Assembly (NCBI RefSeq): GCF_018977255.1
Contig: NW_024704742.1
Span: forward strand, 119,972,001 to 120,036,000
Length of the DNA: 64,000 nucleotides
Direction: 5' to 3'
DNA from: Callorhinchus milii
Taxonomy: Eukaryota
In this document: positions 1-15,949 of the stretch, one piece after another
How positions within the stretch are numbered: the first letter of the stretch is position 1
Layout of the letters: each line of letters opens with the position of its first letter
Notes under the pieces: generated by a model
What the model saw: the letters and a program-made list of their open reading frames with translations, nothing else
Databases searched by the model: none
Told to the model about the DNA's origin: nothing
Program-made: the position numbers and the translations under genes

Positions 1-967
1 CAATATATTCAGCATTTAGCATATTTCCACAGAATGAGGAAGAAATTCAAGTGGATGCATAGTAATAAAGCCTTGAGGGAAAGAAAGGCCAGCTCAGCTT
101 CAGAAAAAAAATGTCAATTCCATGATTTCTATTTAAATGAGTCCTCAGGGCTGAGACATTTAGACTCTGGCTGTAGAACTATCCATTATGCATGCACATG
201 GGTCCAAATTTTTAAGTGTCAGTATGACTTCCATAATTGAAGCACTTTGAGACATCTCAAAGACGGGATAAGCCACAATATCAAACGCAAGGATTAGTAT
301 TATTATTCTATGAAACGCCTTTGTTCAAACCAATTCAGATGTTGAAATAAAAAAATTCTATATATTTATGGGGTGGTCTTGTGCAGTTTGAAATGGTTGC
401 AATTCAAGTTGTGAGTTACAATAATATTGTACATCTAGGTGATAAGTCAATTAGATTATAGTACCTGCTTACTTGAAGCAAACTGATGCTGATCATGGCA
501 TACTACTGATAATGCAAGTTATTAATATTACTGAAATTAAAATCATCTAAAAATATCACATGTATTCCTTAGAATTTAGACAAAAATACCAGTGTCACTC
601 TGAACATTCCAAGAAGGAGAACCAGAAGTAGAGACTCTGTACCACATTTTGGGGTGTTGTTCTTACATCACCAACGAGGCAAGGCGTAAATGAGGCTTCA
701 GCATTGAACCATTCCCATCCATATAGGCTGAAGAAACCCAGAAGTGCCAAACATTAAACTTCATATTTCTGGATCAATATCTTCTCCCAGACAAACTTTT
801 AACAGTCTGCAAAAATTCTATATCCATTAACTAAGCCAATATTAACCTAAAGCTTTGAATAAGAATCAGTAGACTGGTATGAATTAACTATCTGAATCAT
901 CTTAAAACTCAAAATTTTCTTCTGTAGCATGCTGAAGACATGGATCCTTTTCTTTTCTGCTGGAGGA

Positions 968-1245
968 ATAATAATAATCCTTGCATTTGATATAGCGCCT
1001 TATCACGCCTTCGAAACATCTCAAAGTACTTCACAGAATATACTGTAAAGTGAATTGACTGCACATTTTGTGGGAATACAGTTCAAGAGGTGTCCATCAC
1101 CTACCAGTGTGATAATAATAATCCTTACATTTGATATAGCGCTTTTCACGTCTTCTAGACGTCTCAAAGCGCTTCACAGAATATACTGTAAAGTGAATTG
1201 ACTGTATATTTGTAGGGAAAACGCGGCAACCAATTGTGCAGATGC
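968..1245 (-). mobile_element. Two 5'-truncated SINE 3' portions
   Basis: ataataatccttgcatttgatatagcg... tail at ~968 and ~1113. Confidence 0.85.
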
Positions 1246-1829
1246 CCAAATGGTTACTAATCATGTAAAAGCCTCGACTGAATGTTGGCAAACTGAGTTC
1301 TTCATCATAGTTGAGCCTGATCCTGCTCTCACCAGACATTCACAGGACATGTCACTGGGTAGCGATAAGGAGCCGGATACCAAACTGATTTTCCCCTCCC
1401 AAGCCTAGGGGTGCAACAGTCAATTTTAACACGCTAATTACTGCCTTAGCTGAGGTCAGATGGGTTTACAGAAGGATTTCAATCGCTAGCATTTTGCACT
1501 TAAGGCATAGATCTGCATCTGAATAGGTTAATGCCAAATTACTATAAGAAAAGATCAATTTTCATTTCAACATACTGCAATTCAGAGAAAGAAATTCAGC
1601 TGCTTCCTCTTCAAGGGTTAATTGTGATGGGTTCAATCGTGGAAAAGATTTATATCAAAATAGCCAAAAGTTTTCAAAGTGTAGGAAGCCATTCAGCTCT
1701 TTATGTCTATGTTGGCATCATGAATGCACCAATGCAGAAGTATAATAGGGACACTGAAACTGCCAGACATAAAGACATACTGAAACCGGAAGTGAATTTT
1801 GACGTCAATACTTTGCGTTTCCCTCCACA

Positions 1830-2172
1830 AACCACAGACCATCCAGAACTCTGCACCTCANTTTTTCTCCCAAACTAGGCTCTGCAAGTCTATCACCCCC
1901 ATTCTCACCTGGCTGCGCTGACTCCCCATCCCCCAGAGGATTGAGTTGAAGTTCATCATACTCATTTTCAAAGGCCGCCATCAGACTCCTTGCACCTTAC
2001 CCCTGCAATTTTTTTTAAAAAAAACCCTACCAACCCGTCCGCTTGTACCCCCATCCCCTCAGCTCGTAACCCTCCCAAATCCAACCTCCAGCTCAGGTGA
2101 ATATTCCCGACTGTCCAGCAATTTGGGACGTTCTCCTGACATAAAGGGCATTATACGATTGCAATTTGTTGT
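1830..2172 (+). mobile_element. Old L2 3' fragment
   Basis: Decayed atccagaactctgc...gggacgttctcctgacataaagggc...ttgttgtt. Confidence 0.65.
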
Positions 2173-4239
2173 TTTCCATATTGAAAAAAATGGGATCTAA
2201 ATTCTCAAATCAGTATGTTGTCTTGTAAAGAAATCAACAATAACTGATATTTATATAGTACCTTTCATGCTATTCAGTGACTTGGAACACCTAAAGAAAG
2301 CAAAACAAAAACGTCCAACATGGATGAACAAAATGTCAAATACACAATCTTCTAAATTAGCATTGTGTTAAGCTTCAATTTAGTTTTTTCAGCATTAGAA
2401 CTGATGAATGAAATTTCAAAGATGGTGAGAATTTTCAGAAAAATTACTGAATCTATCCAGCTCAAATTACCTTCATCAGTTTAAGTTTTTTGAATCAGCA
2501 CCCCTCAACCTCCTTAAAGCCAGGAAATATAGGCAAGGTCATAGTTAAGACCCTTCATTCTATCTATTAATCTGGTAAATCATCACTGGCCACCCTCTAA
2601 GCCTTGTAGATCCTTCCCAAGGTGTAGCGTCCAAAAATGAACACAATCCAAATGAGTTCTCAGCAGCACTCTTTACAACAGCAACATTGCATTGATGTTT
2701 TTATATTCCAGACCCCATGTTATACAGCTTGGCATCTGGTTAGCCTGTGAAAGTAAATAAAATGTCAAAGCAACTGCTGTTGTTGTAGTACAACATTTTT
2801 AATTATCGGAACCTTGCCTACCCATCCACTCTGACTCACAGTGGCTACAATTTTCATACAAGCTGACCTGACCAAAGTCGACAAGTGCCAAAATCCCATG
2901 AATATACTGAGGTTGATTCCAAGAGTTGTACAATGAGCATATTCAATGGTAACTTGGCATATGAGTTCATCTCATACTGCTGCGATCACTGATTTGATTG
3001 TACTGTGTTGGTACCCCGCTGAAATGAAGTCAATCATCCAAATATTGGGTTGGCTTGGGGTTCATAAACTATTGTTGTTTAAGTGACCCTATGAACACCT
3101 CAATTTCAGGATTGTCTTACATTGCATATACAATATCCTCAAATTCATCTTTCACTATTTTCCAAGAATTCACATCTATTATCAAGGTCAACTTGCTCTA
3201 CAGAAATGATACACAATTTTATCAACTATCAAAATGTACAAAGAATGTAATGATTATTGTTATATATTATGATGATATTTATAATCTATCCAGTTAATGA
3301 AAAAATACAGCATTAAAGGGAAAGAAAAGCAAGTGTTCTTATTTTTCCCTAATCTTGGTCATGTAAATAGTTTAAAATAAAATTATGCCTTTCTTTTCAA
3401 TATAGATTGATCCGCATTTTGACATAGTTGGAAGTAAAAATAATCAGGTAAAAACAAGGATAATCTCCTTCGGTTTATTCATATCCATAAAACAATCTTT
3501 TCAACACTTCAAAAAAGCAATCAAATCGACAAGAAAAACTGCTTCATTTACGTTGATTGCAAGTCATTTGTGGAAAATCAAACTGAAGAGCAATGAGTTT
3601 AAAAAAAACAGCTAAGCAATTTATTGTGCTCTGTAACCAACACTGCCTTCTCAAAGATCAACCCACATTGCAAAACTTAGAACGAGCTTTCAATTCCATC
3701 ACCTTGAGGTGATCAATGTAATGAAAGGTGAACTATTCAATCTGTCCCCTGCTCAAATTCTGTTACTCCATTTGGTATGGCTTAGCTTCAAATACTGAGT
3801 TAAATACTGCCAAACAAGGTTAATTAACTTTGATGGAAGAGACTTTGCTGCATCAGTGGAAACTACTAACCAATTTCTTTGTCTAAATCCAGCAGGGGGT
3901 AAGTGTTGGGGTCATTATTACCCTTTAAATAAAGACCTGTTATTTGTGAGAGTTATTTCTCATGGGCGCTCGTCAAGTACCTGAACCAAAAGAAAAAGGC
4001 AAAAGTACAATCTGTAAAATGCATTACTGGAGCAGGTGCCATATTAGATTTAGCATGGTGTGGGGGGGGGGCGAGGAGTCAGAGGAACTCCAGGATAGAG
4101 CTGATGTTGGGGCAGATAAGGTACAGTACATGAAGCAGGCCAGTGTTCGCTATACGAAGGGAGTGGCCGGGAGGTTGCCGAGGTATGTCAAGGGCAAAAT
4201 CATGAGACGATGTGGGGATTTGTCGAGAATGGATTCAAG

Positions 4240-4560
4240 CCCCATGTCGGGACATTGAACTCGCACATTTCAGGCTGACAAATCCAGTGCAGTGCTACAG
4301 GTGTGCTACTTTGTCAGAGGTGCTGCTCTTTGAATGAGAAGCTAAATCAAGGTCCCGTTTGCTTGTTCAGATCAATGTTAAAAATCCATAGCACTACTCG
4401 AAAAGATAATAGTGTTCTGGCCAACAATCCCCTCAAATAAAACTGGTCATTCACAGCATGGCTGATTTTGGGACATTACTGTGCGCAAATCTGCTGTTGC
4501 ATTCACCTACAAAATATAGTCACTACACTTTACTGTATATTCTGTGAAACGCTTTAAGTT
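4240..4560 (+). mobile_element. Old SINE remnant
   Basis: Core and tail similar to the other SINE copies (gggacattactgtgcgcaaat...gtgaaacgcttt). Confidence 0.6.
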
Positions 4561-7500
4561 TGCTCTGGAAATCGGTTACAGTCAGTCCAAGTCCGTTACT
4601 TTTCCTGGATTGAAAAATGTTTTTTTTTAACATTGGTCAAAAACAATATCAAATACGTTAGTGCAGTAACATTAAAACAAAATTTCCATCACATTTAAGG
4701 ATTTTAGAATCAGTCCAAAACTCAAGGTCAAGACATTTGGTTCAATTTTTTGTTTTACATTTATACAGGACACGAACTGTAACCCACTATATAACATGTT
4801 TACATAATGATCATGGACATTTACCTCCTCTTTCATTCAGAAATTAATTATGACTATGGGATCATAGTCAAAACAAGCCAACTTCAAAGAATTCATTGAA
4901 TTAGATGGGAAAAAAGTAGGTGGTTAAGAAGTCTGCAGGAGAGCTAATTAAGTTTTATTTCACAAAGCATAATGTTGAATTCTGGAAGTCTAAAAATGAA
5001 TGCATTTAAAAAAAATCTTTAAAAAGTAAGAATATCTTCTTTTAAAAGTCAAAGTGAAGGAAGTGATTTAATATTCTTACGTGTATCCAAATAAGCCATC
5101 ATTAAACCATCAGCCTGCTGTGAATATGGTGCTGCTATCATGGATATCAGTTCCAAACAAAAAGACTGCTTTTAGATTATCGGATTAAGGCACAAATCCT
5201 GAAGTAGATACATTATCTTGGGTAAAGACCACAAAATCCACCTTTGCAATCAACCACTATTTAGATGGGAAGTTAGTTGTTGACTGATATTGTCCTGTTA
5301 AATTAGGAAGTGAAAGAGCTTGTTGCATCATAGGAGCCCATTACAGCTTTTTAAGCAATAGTTAACAGAGAATATATCATCCCGAAAAACAGAACGTATG
5401 ACAAAATAATATGCAATTACAAATGATGCTGAATAGTACCCCAGAAACAAATCAAATTCAGCATCTCCCCGATCAAAATATATCAGAAGTGAATACATTC
5501 TTTTTTAATTCCTGCTTTGATACACTGCATCCAGAGTAAGAATTGAAAATTTGCTACTTTATTTTCAATTTAATAAATTAATTTTGTACTTAAGTCCAGT
5601 CACAACCAATAAAATAACTTGAACCATTAGTTAAAAGGAGCCATTTGTCTTAATTCCTTGGATTTGAATATTCAACATGAACACTTTTATCAAAAACATT
5701 TCAGAGGAGGAGTACTCGAACAGACATTTTGGTTCCAGCAGGCAAAGTCAGTTTGCATTTCCTGTCTACCTGCAGCCTGACCCCATTTTTGGCAGCAATA
5801 GAGAATACTGAGCCGACTGCATCCATCATTTGAGACTGACTGAATTAAACAATCCATTTCTAGAACTATTCTTTTATGATGTACATTTTGAAGAGAACAT
5901 TAAAAAGGAGTTTGCATTATATATAAATATATCACTTTTGACCACGAATAGAATCAAGTGTTGAATTGAAGCATTCACATTAAGATGATCATCTAGAAGC
6001 CGTAATTGATGCTAAATAAGGTGTGAACTGCAGACATGACTAGAACTTGGCTTGTAACAAAGAGAATGAAATGAAATAGAGCATTTATATATAGCCTAAC
6101 TTCCTCTGCCTTAGTNAAAAAATATATTTCTAAGAAATAGGAGAGAATTGTATAATGGACGTTTTCTACAATTTAGTAGAAATTTAAATGAAAACTTCTT
6201 GAAATAACCTACAAATCAATTTCAGTAATGTGCAATTGCTTATTATAGGCTGTACTGTGCAGGGAGATGTCCTTCAGATTTGGACCACAATCTGCCACTT
6301 GTACAGCACATCAATGGTATTAACTTCTCGGGTAGAATTACAGCCGGGGAAAATATTAATGATGAAATATTACTGATGAAATCTGTCTCATATGCCTTAG
6401 CATATGATAGAAACAAAAGTCTGATCCAAATTATCCTCAAAAAAATATTGTTTTTGGTGAGCCTGCTCTCTGACAAATGTGGAACCCCATCATCATGCTT
6501 AAGAGTATTAAAACCAAACAGAATTCCATGCATCCCAGCTACACAGGAAAAATCCCTGAGATATTTCATCTAATTCAATGTTGTTTAAGTGAATTTAAAA
6601 ACTAAATTTCCTGATTAAAGTACTGTATTCCCATTATGAGTACAAAGAAATTCTTCACCTGTTTTACTTGAAAACATGTATGTGTATATATTTATATAGA
6701 ACACACACACAGGCAAACAGTGAAATCTAATGATGCTTTGTGAACACAAGCAATGTCTTAACTGGCGCCACTCTGAATTTTTGTCATCAGTGAAGATGGA
6801 TGCAACAGTCAATAAACACAAGTTTCACTGCTTCTGTAATAATCCCTCCCTCAAACACTCCACTAAATATCAAAGTTATCACTCAATTTGACTTACCAGA
6901 ATAAGTATATGGTCTACAACAGTGAATCAATACCTTCAGTTCACAAAAGCAAACTCACCAGGAAGCTGATTACAGTAGATAAGGAATGGCTTCATGTTAC
7001 AGTGTAACAAACGATGATCAACAGGTATTAAATTGTGCAGCTTCATATAGTTTAGGTGGAAGAATTTTATGTCAATATTCAATGCGCTGGAACCCAAGAG
7101 AAAAGGCGCTCATGTAAACGTTGCCAAAATAGGCCTACCTAATCTCCTGCATTTTAAAAAAGTTTTGGGGGAAATAAGATAAGGCAGCAATATGTAGCTT
7201 TCAACAGATTTTAAATGGTTTGTGAATTCTCTAACTATGTGGGCTTACCCTTAAAAGTGTAGTTGCAATATTCAGAAAGTAAAAATTATATATTAGTTGG
7301 GGCTGGGTAATTGCAAAGTTCTTTCGCATCAGGCACGTGGATTCAAATCCTGCTCAGGCCCATGAAACAAAAGTCTCTTCTGTTGCCTATAATGCTGCTC
7401 ATGAATTTAGACCTCATAATCAGCAATCTCAGAGGCCACAGGGTAACTGGGGTGGAAAATGGAAAGACATGCAATGTTTATTCAGTATCCAGCTGTACTC

Positions 7501-10500
7501 TCCCTCATCTGGGAATGCTCCATGTTGAGATTAGGTGGCAGAAACCTTCTCTCCTCATTACCAATTATCCCTCACCTTCATTACATAAAAGATCTCTATT
7601 CCCTTCCCCCTCCAAAAAATACTAGTGATTTATTGTCAAAACGAACTCTAGAAATTCCACTTGCTTCATCAACAATTTGCTTTGAGTTGTGAAGTTAGTT
7701 CACAATCCAAAGCAAAAACAAATACCATTAAACCATTTTTCTCCAGTCCACAAAGTTGAAATCCAAGAGAAGATTAATTGAAACAAACCATCCGGAAAAG
7801 CTTTACTGCACAGTCTTCATTACTGGATTGTTACCAACATCGAGCTGTAGCTTTAGGATTGTTTTTTCCAAAACAGAGCCGACATCGAAGGTCTCTCCAG
7901 GATATTTTCGAAAGAGTTAAATCCTCGTGAGCATTTTTGTGACCCAATTTGATACAATGTAAAATGGTAGCTCATACAATGAAAGTTCCCAACAAAAAGT
8001 AGAAAACGAGGTGGTTGGGACTAATGGAGAATTTTCAGAAACTACGACAGATCATAATTTGTTCACAAAAATTCAAGAGAGACACACTATGGTATTTGAA
8101 CAGATGAGAATCCTCCAGACACACCCAGGCTTAATCTAACTTTTTATTGATTCGACACAGCAATTAGATCAGTCTTCTGGATCCTAGCAATCACCCTTCA
8201 CTTTGTTCACACACATTTCACTCTGCACTCTTTTTTGCTTCTCCTTTACTTTGCTGCATTGATAGATACATCAGAGTAGGCCTTTGAACATCTGAGTTAC
8301 AATGGAAAGTAGCAGCAGAGATTGAAGCTGCCTAAGGAAACAGTTAGAGAAGTAACTTTAGAAGCTGAACACAGATGATCAGGAAAGATTTAAGGGACAA
8401 GAGATAGTGTGCAAACATGATAGCCTCATGCTGTGAAAGACGTAACATTACAAGAGAAAAATGAAAACAGGACACAGCAGCACAGAACACAGTTAGCAAA
8501 AATATACTGTTAGAATTGATATGAATAGCAGTTAGTGACAAAATAAGTCTTCTGCTTCCCACTGACCCTCAAATAAAATATCCTTTTTACCCAGTAGAAT
8601 CAGAGAGAGTCTTTTTTAAAAAAAAGCCAAGGCTCTTTTATTACAGTAATTGAGACCTCAATTCATCAGACTATACGAGAATGGAAAAAGAACAAATGTA
8701 ATGCAAAACTAATACAACAGTGTGGTGAACACAAGATCAATTTTCTTTATCTATCCCCCCACCCCCCCGTCACGGTTCAGTCGCTTATTTCAGCCTGCTA
8801 TTTGGGGGAGAGAGTATGTGCTTTCCCACATGGAAAAAATATAAAGTCAGCCATTGTTCCACATCTCACAGCAAGCAGCTCAGAGCAGAGACCTGGGAGT
8901 AATTAGCTTGCTTTCTCAACCTCAGTCATGATCATCTAATATGAGCAATGGAACAAAATCACTCACAATATGTTACACCCACTTCAATGTATCGCAATGC
9001 ATTTTTAACTACATTCTCAGTAACAGTGAAAGACAAGTGGAGCATAATTAAAAAAATAAACAGATTACTGTAATTTTACAAAGCAGTCAAAGGACGCTTT
9101 TATCCTTCATATTTTGTCATCTGTGTCCAATTACAATTGATTACAATTTCTAATATTATTGGGGAGGTACCCCTTTTTTAAAGAGGGCCCAGCACCCTTA
9201 AAATATAGAGTTCTAAAGATCTCTTGAAGGTTCTCATATGGTTTCCATTTTTCAAACACAAACCAAAGCAAGCAAATTCTGCAGTGTTAGCTAACATTAG
9301 TCATGTTATTTTCCATCAAACCATTGTCTAAAAATGTCAAAATAGTTTTGCCTCCTACTGCCGCTTCTGAAAAAGCAGTAAAGATACTATAAGAGATATG
9401 CACACATACACAGACAGTGAGAGACAGAGAGAGAGTGTGTGAGAGAGAGATATAGGTCACAATGCCTGCAAAACAAAACTTAAACTTTGCAGCCTTCAAC
9501 CAAGAAATTGTCACCGTCATTCTTTACAATTGTTAACTAATAAAATTTCTATTCTTGTGTGCATTTCAATTTACTCCACAGACTACATTACGTGCAGGAG
9601 TACGGAACAAAAATATTTAATCCTTTACAACACTTTTTGGGCAATCCTTTTTNAAAAAAAGCTTCATTTCTTAACACAATGCCCGTCATAAATCAATAAG
9701 CGACTAACTTAATCACTCAGCTCCCTGTGGAAACTGAATATCATTTTACTTTGACGCTTCAGAAATTCAATGTCCCTGTAATTTTGTCGTTACAAGTTCA
9801 AGACAGAAATGGTGAGAACAGGCAGTCTTTAATAAAATATTTCATGCAGGCAAGACAATAAATCATGGAGCTATCACATATTCATCTTCTAAACGTTACA
9901 ATGAAAGCTTTTCAGACTGATACAGTAACAAAAGGTTAGGAAACCATTATCAGAAAAAGGCTGCAATTGCAATGTTAGTACAAATGTTGCATTTCTGTCT
10001 GGTTTACACTTATTTCACACATCTTCTCATCGTTCACTTGGTTTAGCCAGAGCAGACTCCCAACGACGTGTACTTCACCGCCACAAAGCGCTGTGGCTTC
10101 TCTACACATCACCAGCAACTGGAGGATGTGACCAAAGGAAATTTTAAAGCATTTCCCTTGCAGCCCACAAAACACAATTTATATATTCACTGAAAATCGT
10201 CAGAATGGCAACAACAGTGCATCTAAGACGTAACCCTGCATGAAGCATGCTCTATAAATGCCAGTTGTTTTTTAATCCATTCGAACAAAAAAGTTAGCCA
10301 CTGAACAGAATGATAACCAATCCAAACCTTCTCTGCATCATCTCCAATCACCACTTTATGAGAAACATTGGACCACAGGCAATGCAATTTAGAACTAAAA
10401 ATAGGCCCATCTGCTTCAGTGTTATCTATCATTTCACTCCTAAGAGTTTGATCAAGCTGTACTGTTTTTAAATTGCCCTACATTTCCAGGTACAATATCT

Positions 10501-13500
10501 GTATGAGTTCACAAACTGCAAGGAAGAAAGGGGAGTTTATCTATGCAACTTTGACCATGCTTATGTCAGTCTTTTAAAGACCTATCATGTATTAGGATCA
10601 CATAATAGATTAAAAGCTGCCAAACAGAAGGTACATCTGGCAAAATTAAACTTTTGATGACTCAAATGTATACTTTAGTACCTCAGTAAAGGCTGAGGCC
10701 TTTTGGTAAACAGATTAAAACATTCCACTTGATCTCGTTATATGATGTCCAATATTTCCAAAGAAGGTGCAAGAGTGCAGCGTACATGAAGATTCACCTT
10801 CAGGATTTTTTTTTACTGCCACCTGATTTAGTTACTCTCTTTGGTGTATTCGTAGCTAAAGAACAAAAGCACCTCGAAAACATCAAAATAGCTCAAAAGT
10901 GTTTCAAAGATAATAGTCTAGTGTATTTTATTGTAGGTATTTACAATGTGCACAGCAAGGTTCCACAAACAGCCATGAGGTGAACAAGCAATTAATCTGC
11001 AGAATTTCTGGCTAGAACACCAGAAGAAATTCCCTTCTTTTGAATAGTGTTGCTGGAGCTTTAACATTCACTAAACAAGCAGACGGGACCTCGGTTTAAT
11101 ATTTTGTTTAAAACAATGGAACCTTCAACAATGCAACAGTTCTGTACCACTTCAATGGAGCATAAACTTATACAAATTTAAACTGTATTTAAATTGCTTC
11201 TATGTGCCTATAGAGAGAAAGAATTTTAATAAGGCTTAGTGGGGGACTCCTTGGTGGTAATCAGTTTGCATGGAGACAGGAAGGTAGGTAGCATTTTAAA
11301 GCTCAAATGGCAGGCATTTTGATCTTACAGAAAGGCTCTCCCTGAGTGATACTACGTTTGTGGATATAATGTTACCATTTCCCAAAATTTTATCAAAGGT
11401 AATTGCTTTGTTCATTTCCGTATTTGTGGTCGAATATGCCAGTCATTTTGCACACAGCAAAGTTAAGCAAATAGCCACAAATATTAAGAAAAATGTTGGC
11501 TCGGACATTCTTTCTATTTCCAAAATAGTGTGTTTCTGAACAGGCAAAAAGCACCTGCCCATGTTAATAATCCATGTCAACAAAACAGACTAGACCCAGA
11601 GCCAAGAATGCTACCAAATGAGCCAAGCAAATATCTTTACTGGCAACTGGGAAAGGTGGTGAAAATGAATTGGTAAAATGGGTTATTAGGGAAATAATCA
11701 TTTCAGCATGGAAATCGGTTATATTCATAGGTTCATAGATGTTCAACAATGAAGATACAAACCTCTTTGAAGCAAGTACTGACCTGAATTGAATTCTACA
11801 CATTAGTAAAGATTATTTCAGCACAAAAATAATCAATTAAAATATCATGGCACCTCAAGGGATTTAATTCTCCAGTTAAAATGGCAACAGACCTTTTGAA
11901 ATTTAGCCTGGAGAATCCATTTCACAGATAAGGAAATTGGGATGAAGAGATTATTTATTCTAGGAGTTTGGAAAGGAGGTAGAAAGTGTTACAGAATGGA
12001 GTTCTTGCTACTGTCACAGATACAATCGAGATTGCCGATAGAACAAAATAGACCCCTATCCAAGGATTTGGGAACTACACCTGGAAAGCTGAGCACTTTG
12101 CAAAATAAAGTGAAAAAAAGAGGGAATAGAGTAAAGATGGAAAATTAGTGCAGGGTGGAGTTTGGAATTTAACTCCTGACATTGTCTGATAGGAGACTCT
12201 AACTCAGACAAACTCCCGACGATTCAAATAATTTGTGATAAATGTGACTGCCAGTTTAAGGATCTTAAAGGAAGTATTGTACGTCAGTATTATATGTTTT
12301 GTTCCAGCTCACTCAGTTTTTTCTACAATTATCCTGGTGGTTCCAGGTCATGCAGATTATAGACATTTCAGACCTGAGCTGAATTAAAAAATGTAAATAT
12401 TAATACAGACTGAGGCAGGGTAATTTAATTAAACATTAACATAGCTCAAAGAAAATAATTTAGCTCAGAATAAAATGTTAAAGAAGGTAAGATTTCAATC
12501 ACTTTGCCCCTGCTTTCTGGATCTCTCTCCCTGAATCATTCCACCTTGACCCTCCCTTTCTACCTTCAAAACATTTTTAAAACCTATCTCTGACTGCACC
12601 TTTGATCTCCGCCCTCCCACCCCCACACTGCTCGGGCTCCCACACAGTCTCAGAATAGTGCTTTGAGATGTTTTCCTAACTAAAAAGGTACTATAGAAGG
12701 GAGAGCTGCAGTTATTATTCCTGAGACTATCTGATGGAAAAAGACACTCCACAAATTTAACCTTTGAGCACAGTTAATGGAAATTGGATAAAACTTGTGA
12801 AATAAAATTAAGATAATTGAAAAAAACAATCTAAACCTTTCAAATTAACCCACATTCACAAATTTAGAATCAAGTGAAATTCACATTTAATTTAAAGTTA
12901 CTATCAATAACCAGGTATTGCATAATCCACAAAAGCTTAAAGGTACTGTATATATTTTAAGCACAGGCAAATTTCCACACACACAAGATAAGAGATAGCA
13001 GTTATTCAAAAGAAGTGTGACATGTTTTTTTTAGTAAATAGTGCAGTTTACTCTTCCAAATATTCTCCATCAGAGCCTAGTCCCAAAGATCTTTTCAACC
13101 AGACTTTTTAAATCCTTTTTATCTTTTTGGATTTTGTTGCCTGACCCAGTCAAATGATACAGCAGATTCTTAATTAGATCTCAAAGACTTCTGATCCATA
13201 GGTTTACCCTGTCACCCAGATGCCATTTTTTAAAAAAAAATCTTCTTCGAACAGCCTTCTTCTGAGATTCCATACAAAAGCATTGTTAGAACCAGGTTGT
13301 TGCCAGCAATAATGCCATTTAAAGACTCTTCAACAACTGTGTAAAACATCATATAAACTACATATATTCATCTCTCATAAATTAAGATTGTTATTTTTAA
13401 CAGAACAAATCATTAATGACACAAATTAATGACAGTGATGGCATATCACCATCACTGACACTTCACCTATTGGGGGGATATTAATTTCATACAATACCTA

Positions 13501-15949
13501 GGCTTTTGAACGTGATGTGGTAAGAGAGCTCAAAAGTAACAATTGCTTTATCCTTGGATTAAAATAAAGCCTCTGACTTTGCAGATTTGCAATAATTGCA
13601 AAGTCAGATATAAACCCTTTGTCATGTGTTGCCAATTAAACAGCAACCTAAATATCTTGGGCACCACATTCCTTTAGTTATCTCATACTTTAGGGGTTGT
13701 ATGGAACCCAAGGAATGGAAATGACGGCAGCTCAATTCAAGTACACTCGTGCTTTTGTGAAGGCAATCATGAGCTCTCATCTTCAACTTGTTGAGTTTAA
13801 GGTATCTTTCCATCAGATATAGTGTATATACATCAATACTTTAGTATTTCTACATACAGTGCAAAATAAGGTGTACTTGATGCACGTTCATTGGGAACGC
13901 TGCATTCATCAACCTTTGTGCTATGGAACCCACTGCAAGTGCCAAAGCTCCTAGTTACATGGATGGCAAAAATACTTCAAAAATTCATGTTTAGCAGCAC
14001 TGAATAGGTGGATCACATAAACAATCATTTTTGAATCTGAAAGGAAAATCTGTGGAAACAGAGATATACAATTAAAACTAAAATAGCTGAACATATCTCA
14101 GATATTTCTAGGCAAGAAAAAAACACAAGGGCCATTTTGCAGTTCTGAACTATTATACCAGTTTGCATTTGTCCATCAGGGAAATTTGCTTACAAAATAA
14201 AGTCACTACACTTCACAGTGAAGCACTTTAAGATGTCCTCCTGATGTGAGCGGTGTCATATCAAATGCAAGGAAAAATATATATACCCACAATAAAGGAC
14301 CATCCGGCTTCAACGTGATGGTTTATGTCCGTAAAAACAGATCCTGATTCTAACTAATATGCGGAAACCAGTTAGTAACTCCAGAATTCAGCTGGACAAA
14401 GATGAAGAAATGTATAGCTTAAACACATCTCCCCAAATCCCTTCTCCTTGCACTCACACTCTCCACCTTCAAAACTTACTTAAAAGCTATGTTAGTGTCT
14501 TTGGCCACTATCTCTCTTTTTGATCATCCCCACTTTCTTTGCAAAGTGCTTTGAGACATTAACAACAACAAATTGCATTTATATTACACCCTTTACATAG
14601 GTTATTATCATACATTAACACACAAGGCAAATGCACATTTTTGTTGAATTAAATTGTTTTGCTCACAAACAGAAATATTAGTGGAAAGAATAAGCATACG
14701 TCTTTTCCACGTTTGATACCCATCAGAAGCATGAAACACTGCCAAGTAGATCTAGAACATAATTCCCTCGGAATAGCTACAAATGTCCCTTAAACCCAGA
14801 GCATCTTCAAGTGCATCTGTTGGAGAGTCTCTTCCCCACACTACCCATTGGAAGGATTCATTATTTGTATCATATTATTGACAGTTTTGTCTGGTGCTAC
14901 CACTGCCACCAAGAACTAGGTGAAAGCTGCTGTAACTAGTTTTGTACAGGACTCTTACAGCCAGTGAAGACACTTGCATCTATCAATCTCAGCTGGTTAC
15001 AAACACATTTTTGCAGAAATGAGTGGTGTGTGAAAATCAACCTCTGTGCATCCCACTGTGTCCCAGTATGTTTTTTTTAAAAAGTCAGCCGGGTGTCTTG
15101 ACACATGCAGATCCACCCTCCACACCCCTAAAATATTAGTATGGTTATACTTCACATTTCCAATTTGAACAGCTTTGATTAGTTTTTTTTCTTGGACAGA
15201 AAGTTAGCACTTGAAGGTGAATTATGGCAAACTGGCTGTGCAACCATGTCCTACACTAGAAAATACTCTGCGTCTTCAAACACACTTCCTCGTTTTGCTA
15301 TAAAGGGGTTTGCATAAAGACATAACAGAAAGGGAGGTCAATGTACTTCAGGGAGCTGTTTCGATTCAGTTAAACTCAATAAGAAAGTGTTACTCACAAA
15401 AGCAAATGTCAAAAACACTAGGTATCTGAGAGCACAACAATGACATAAATATCTGATGCCCAGCTACTAAATAACCTTGAAGCTTTTCAGGATCCATGCA
15501 TACCTGTGCAGCACTAGATTTATTTTTTCAAAAAGAAAAACAACGTCAGTAGTAAGTAGATTTATTAAATTGTAATCTTCCTAAAAAAAAAGGTTGCAAT
15601 GTTTGGGAGGGAGGGAGGGAAGGAGGGAGTGGGGGAGAGAATCCAAATCATCACTAGTGGGAAGGAAACAAGGTCAATGTTTCAGGAGGGGGGGGGGAAA
15701 AATCTTAACATTTGCTTCCTGTCAATCAAAAGGTGCATCCACTGTGCTCTTAATGCTTAAGCCACTTGTCCTGACAAACTGATAGTCTCTATCTTTTTTA
15801 ACACCGTGACTGTGAACATACGAGAGCTGGTGGAATAAACTGCTTCATCTCAGGCCCTCAAGTTAAACAAAGGCTCCTCTGTACCAGACTCTCAGACCTT
15901 CAACAGCTTCAACTCCATTCCACGCTCAGGTTTACAGCACCTCAGCAAA

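Noticed and set aside
15892..15920. MELKLLKV on the minus strand resembling the PHF21A N-terminus
   Set aside because: Immediate stop codon and only a few residues match.
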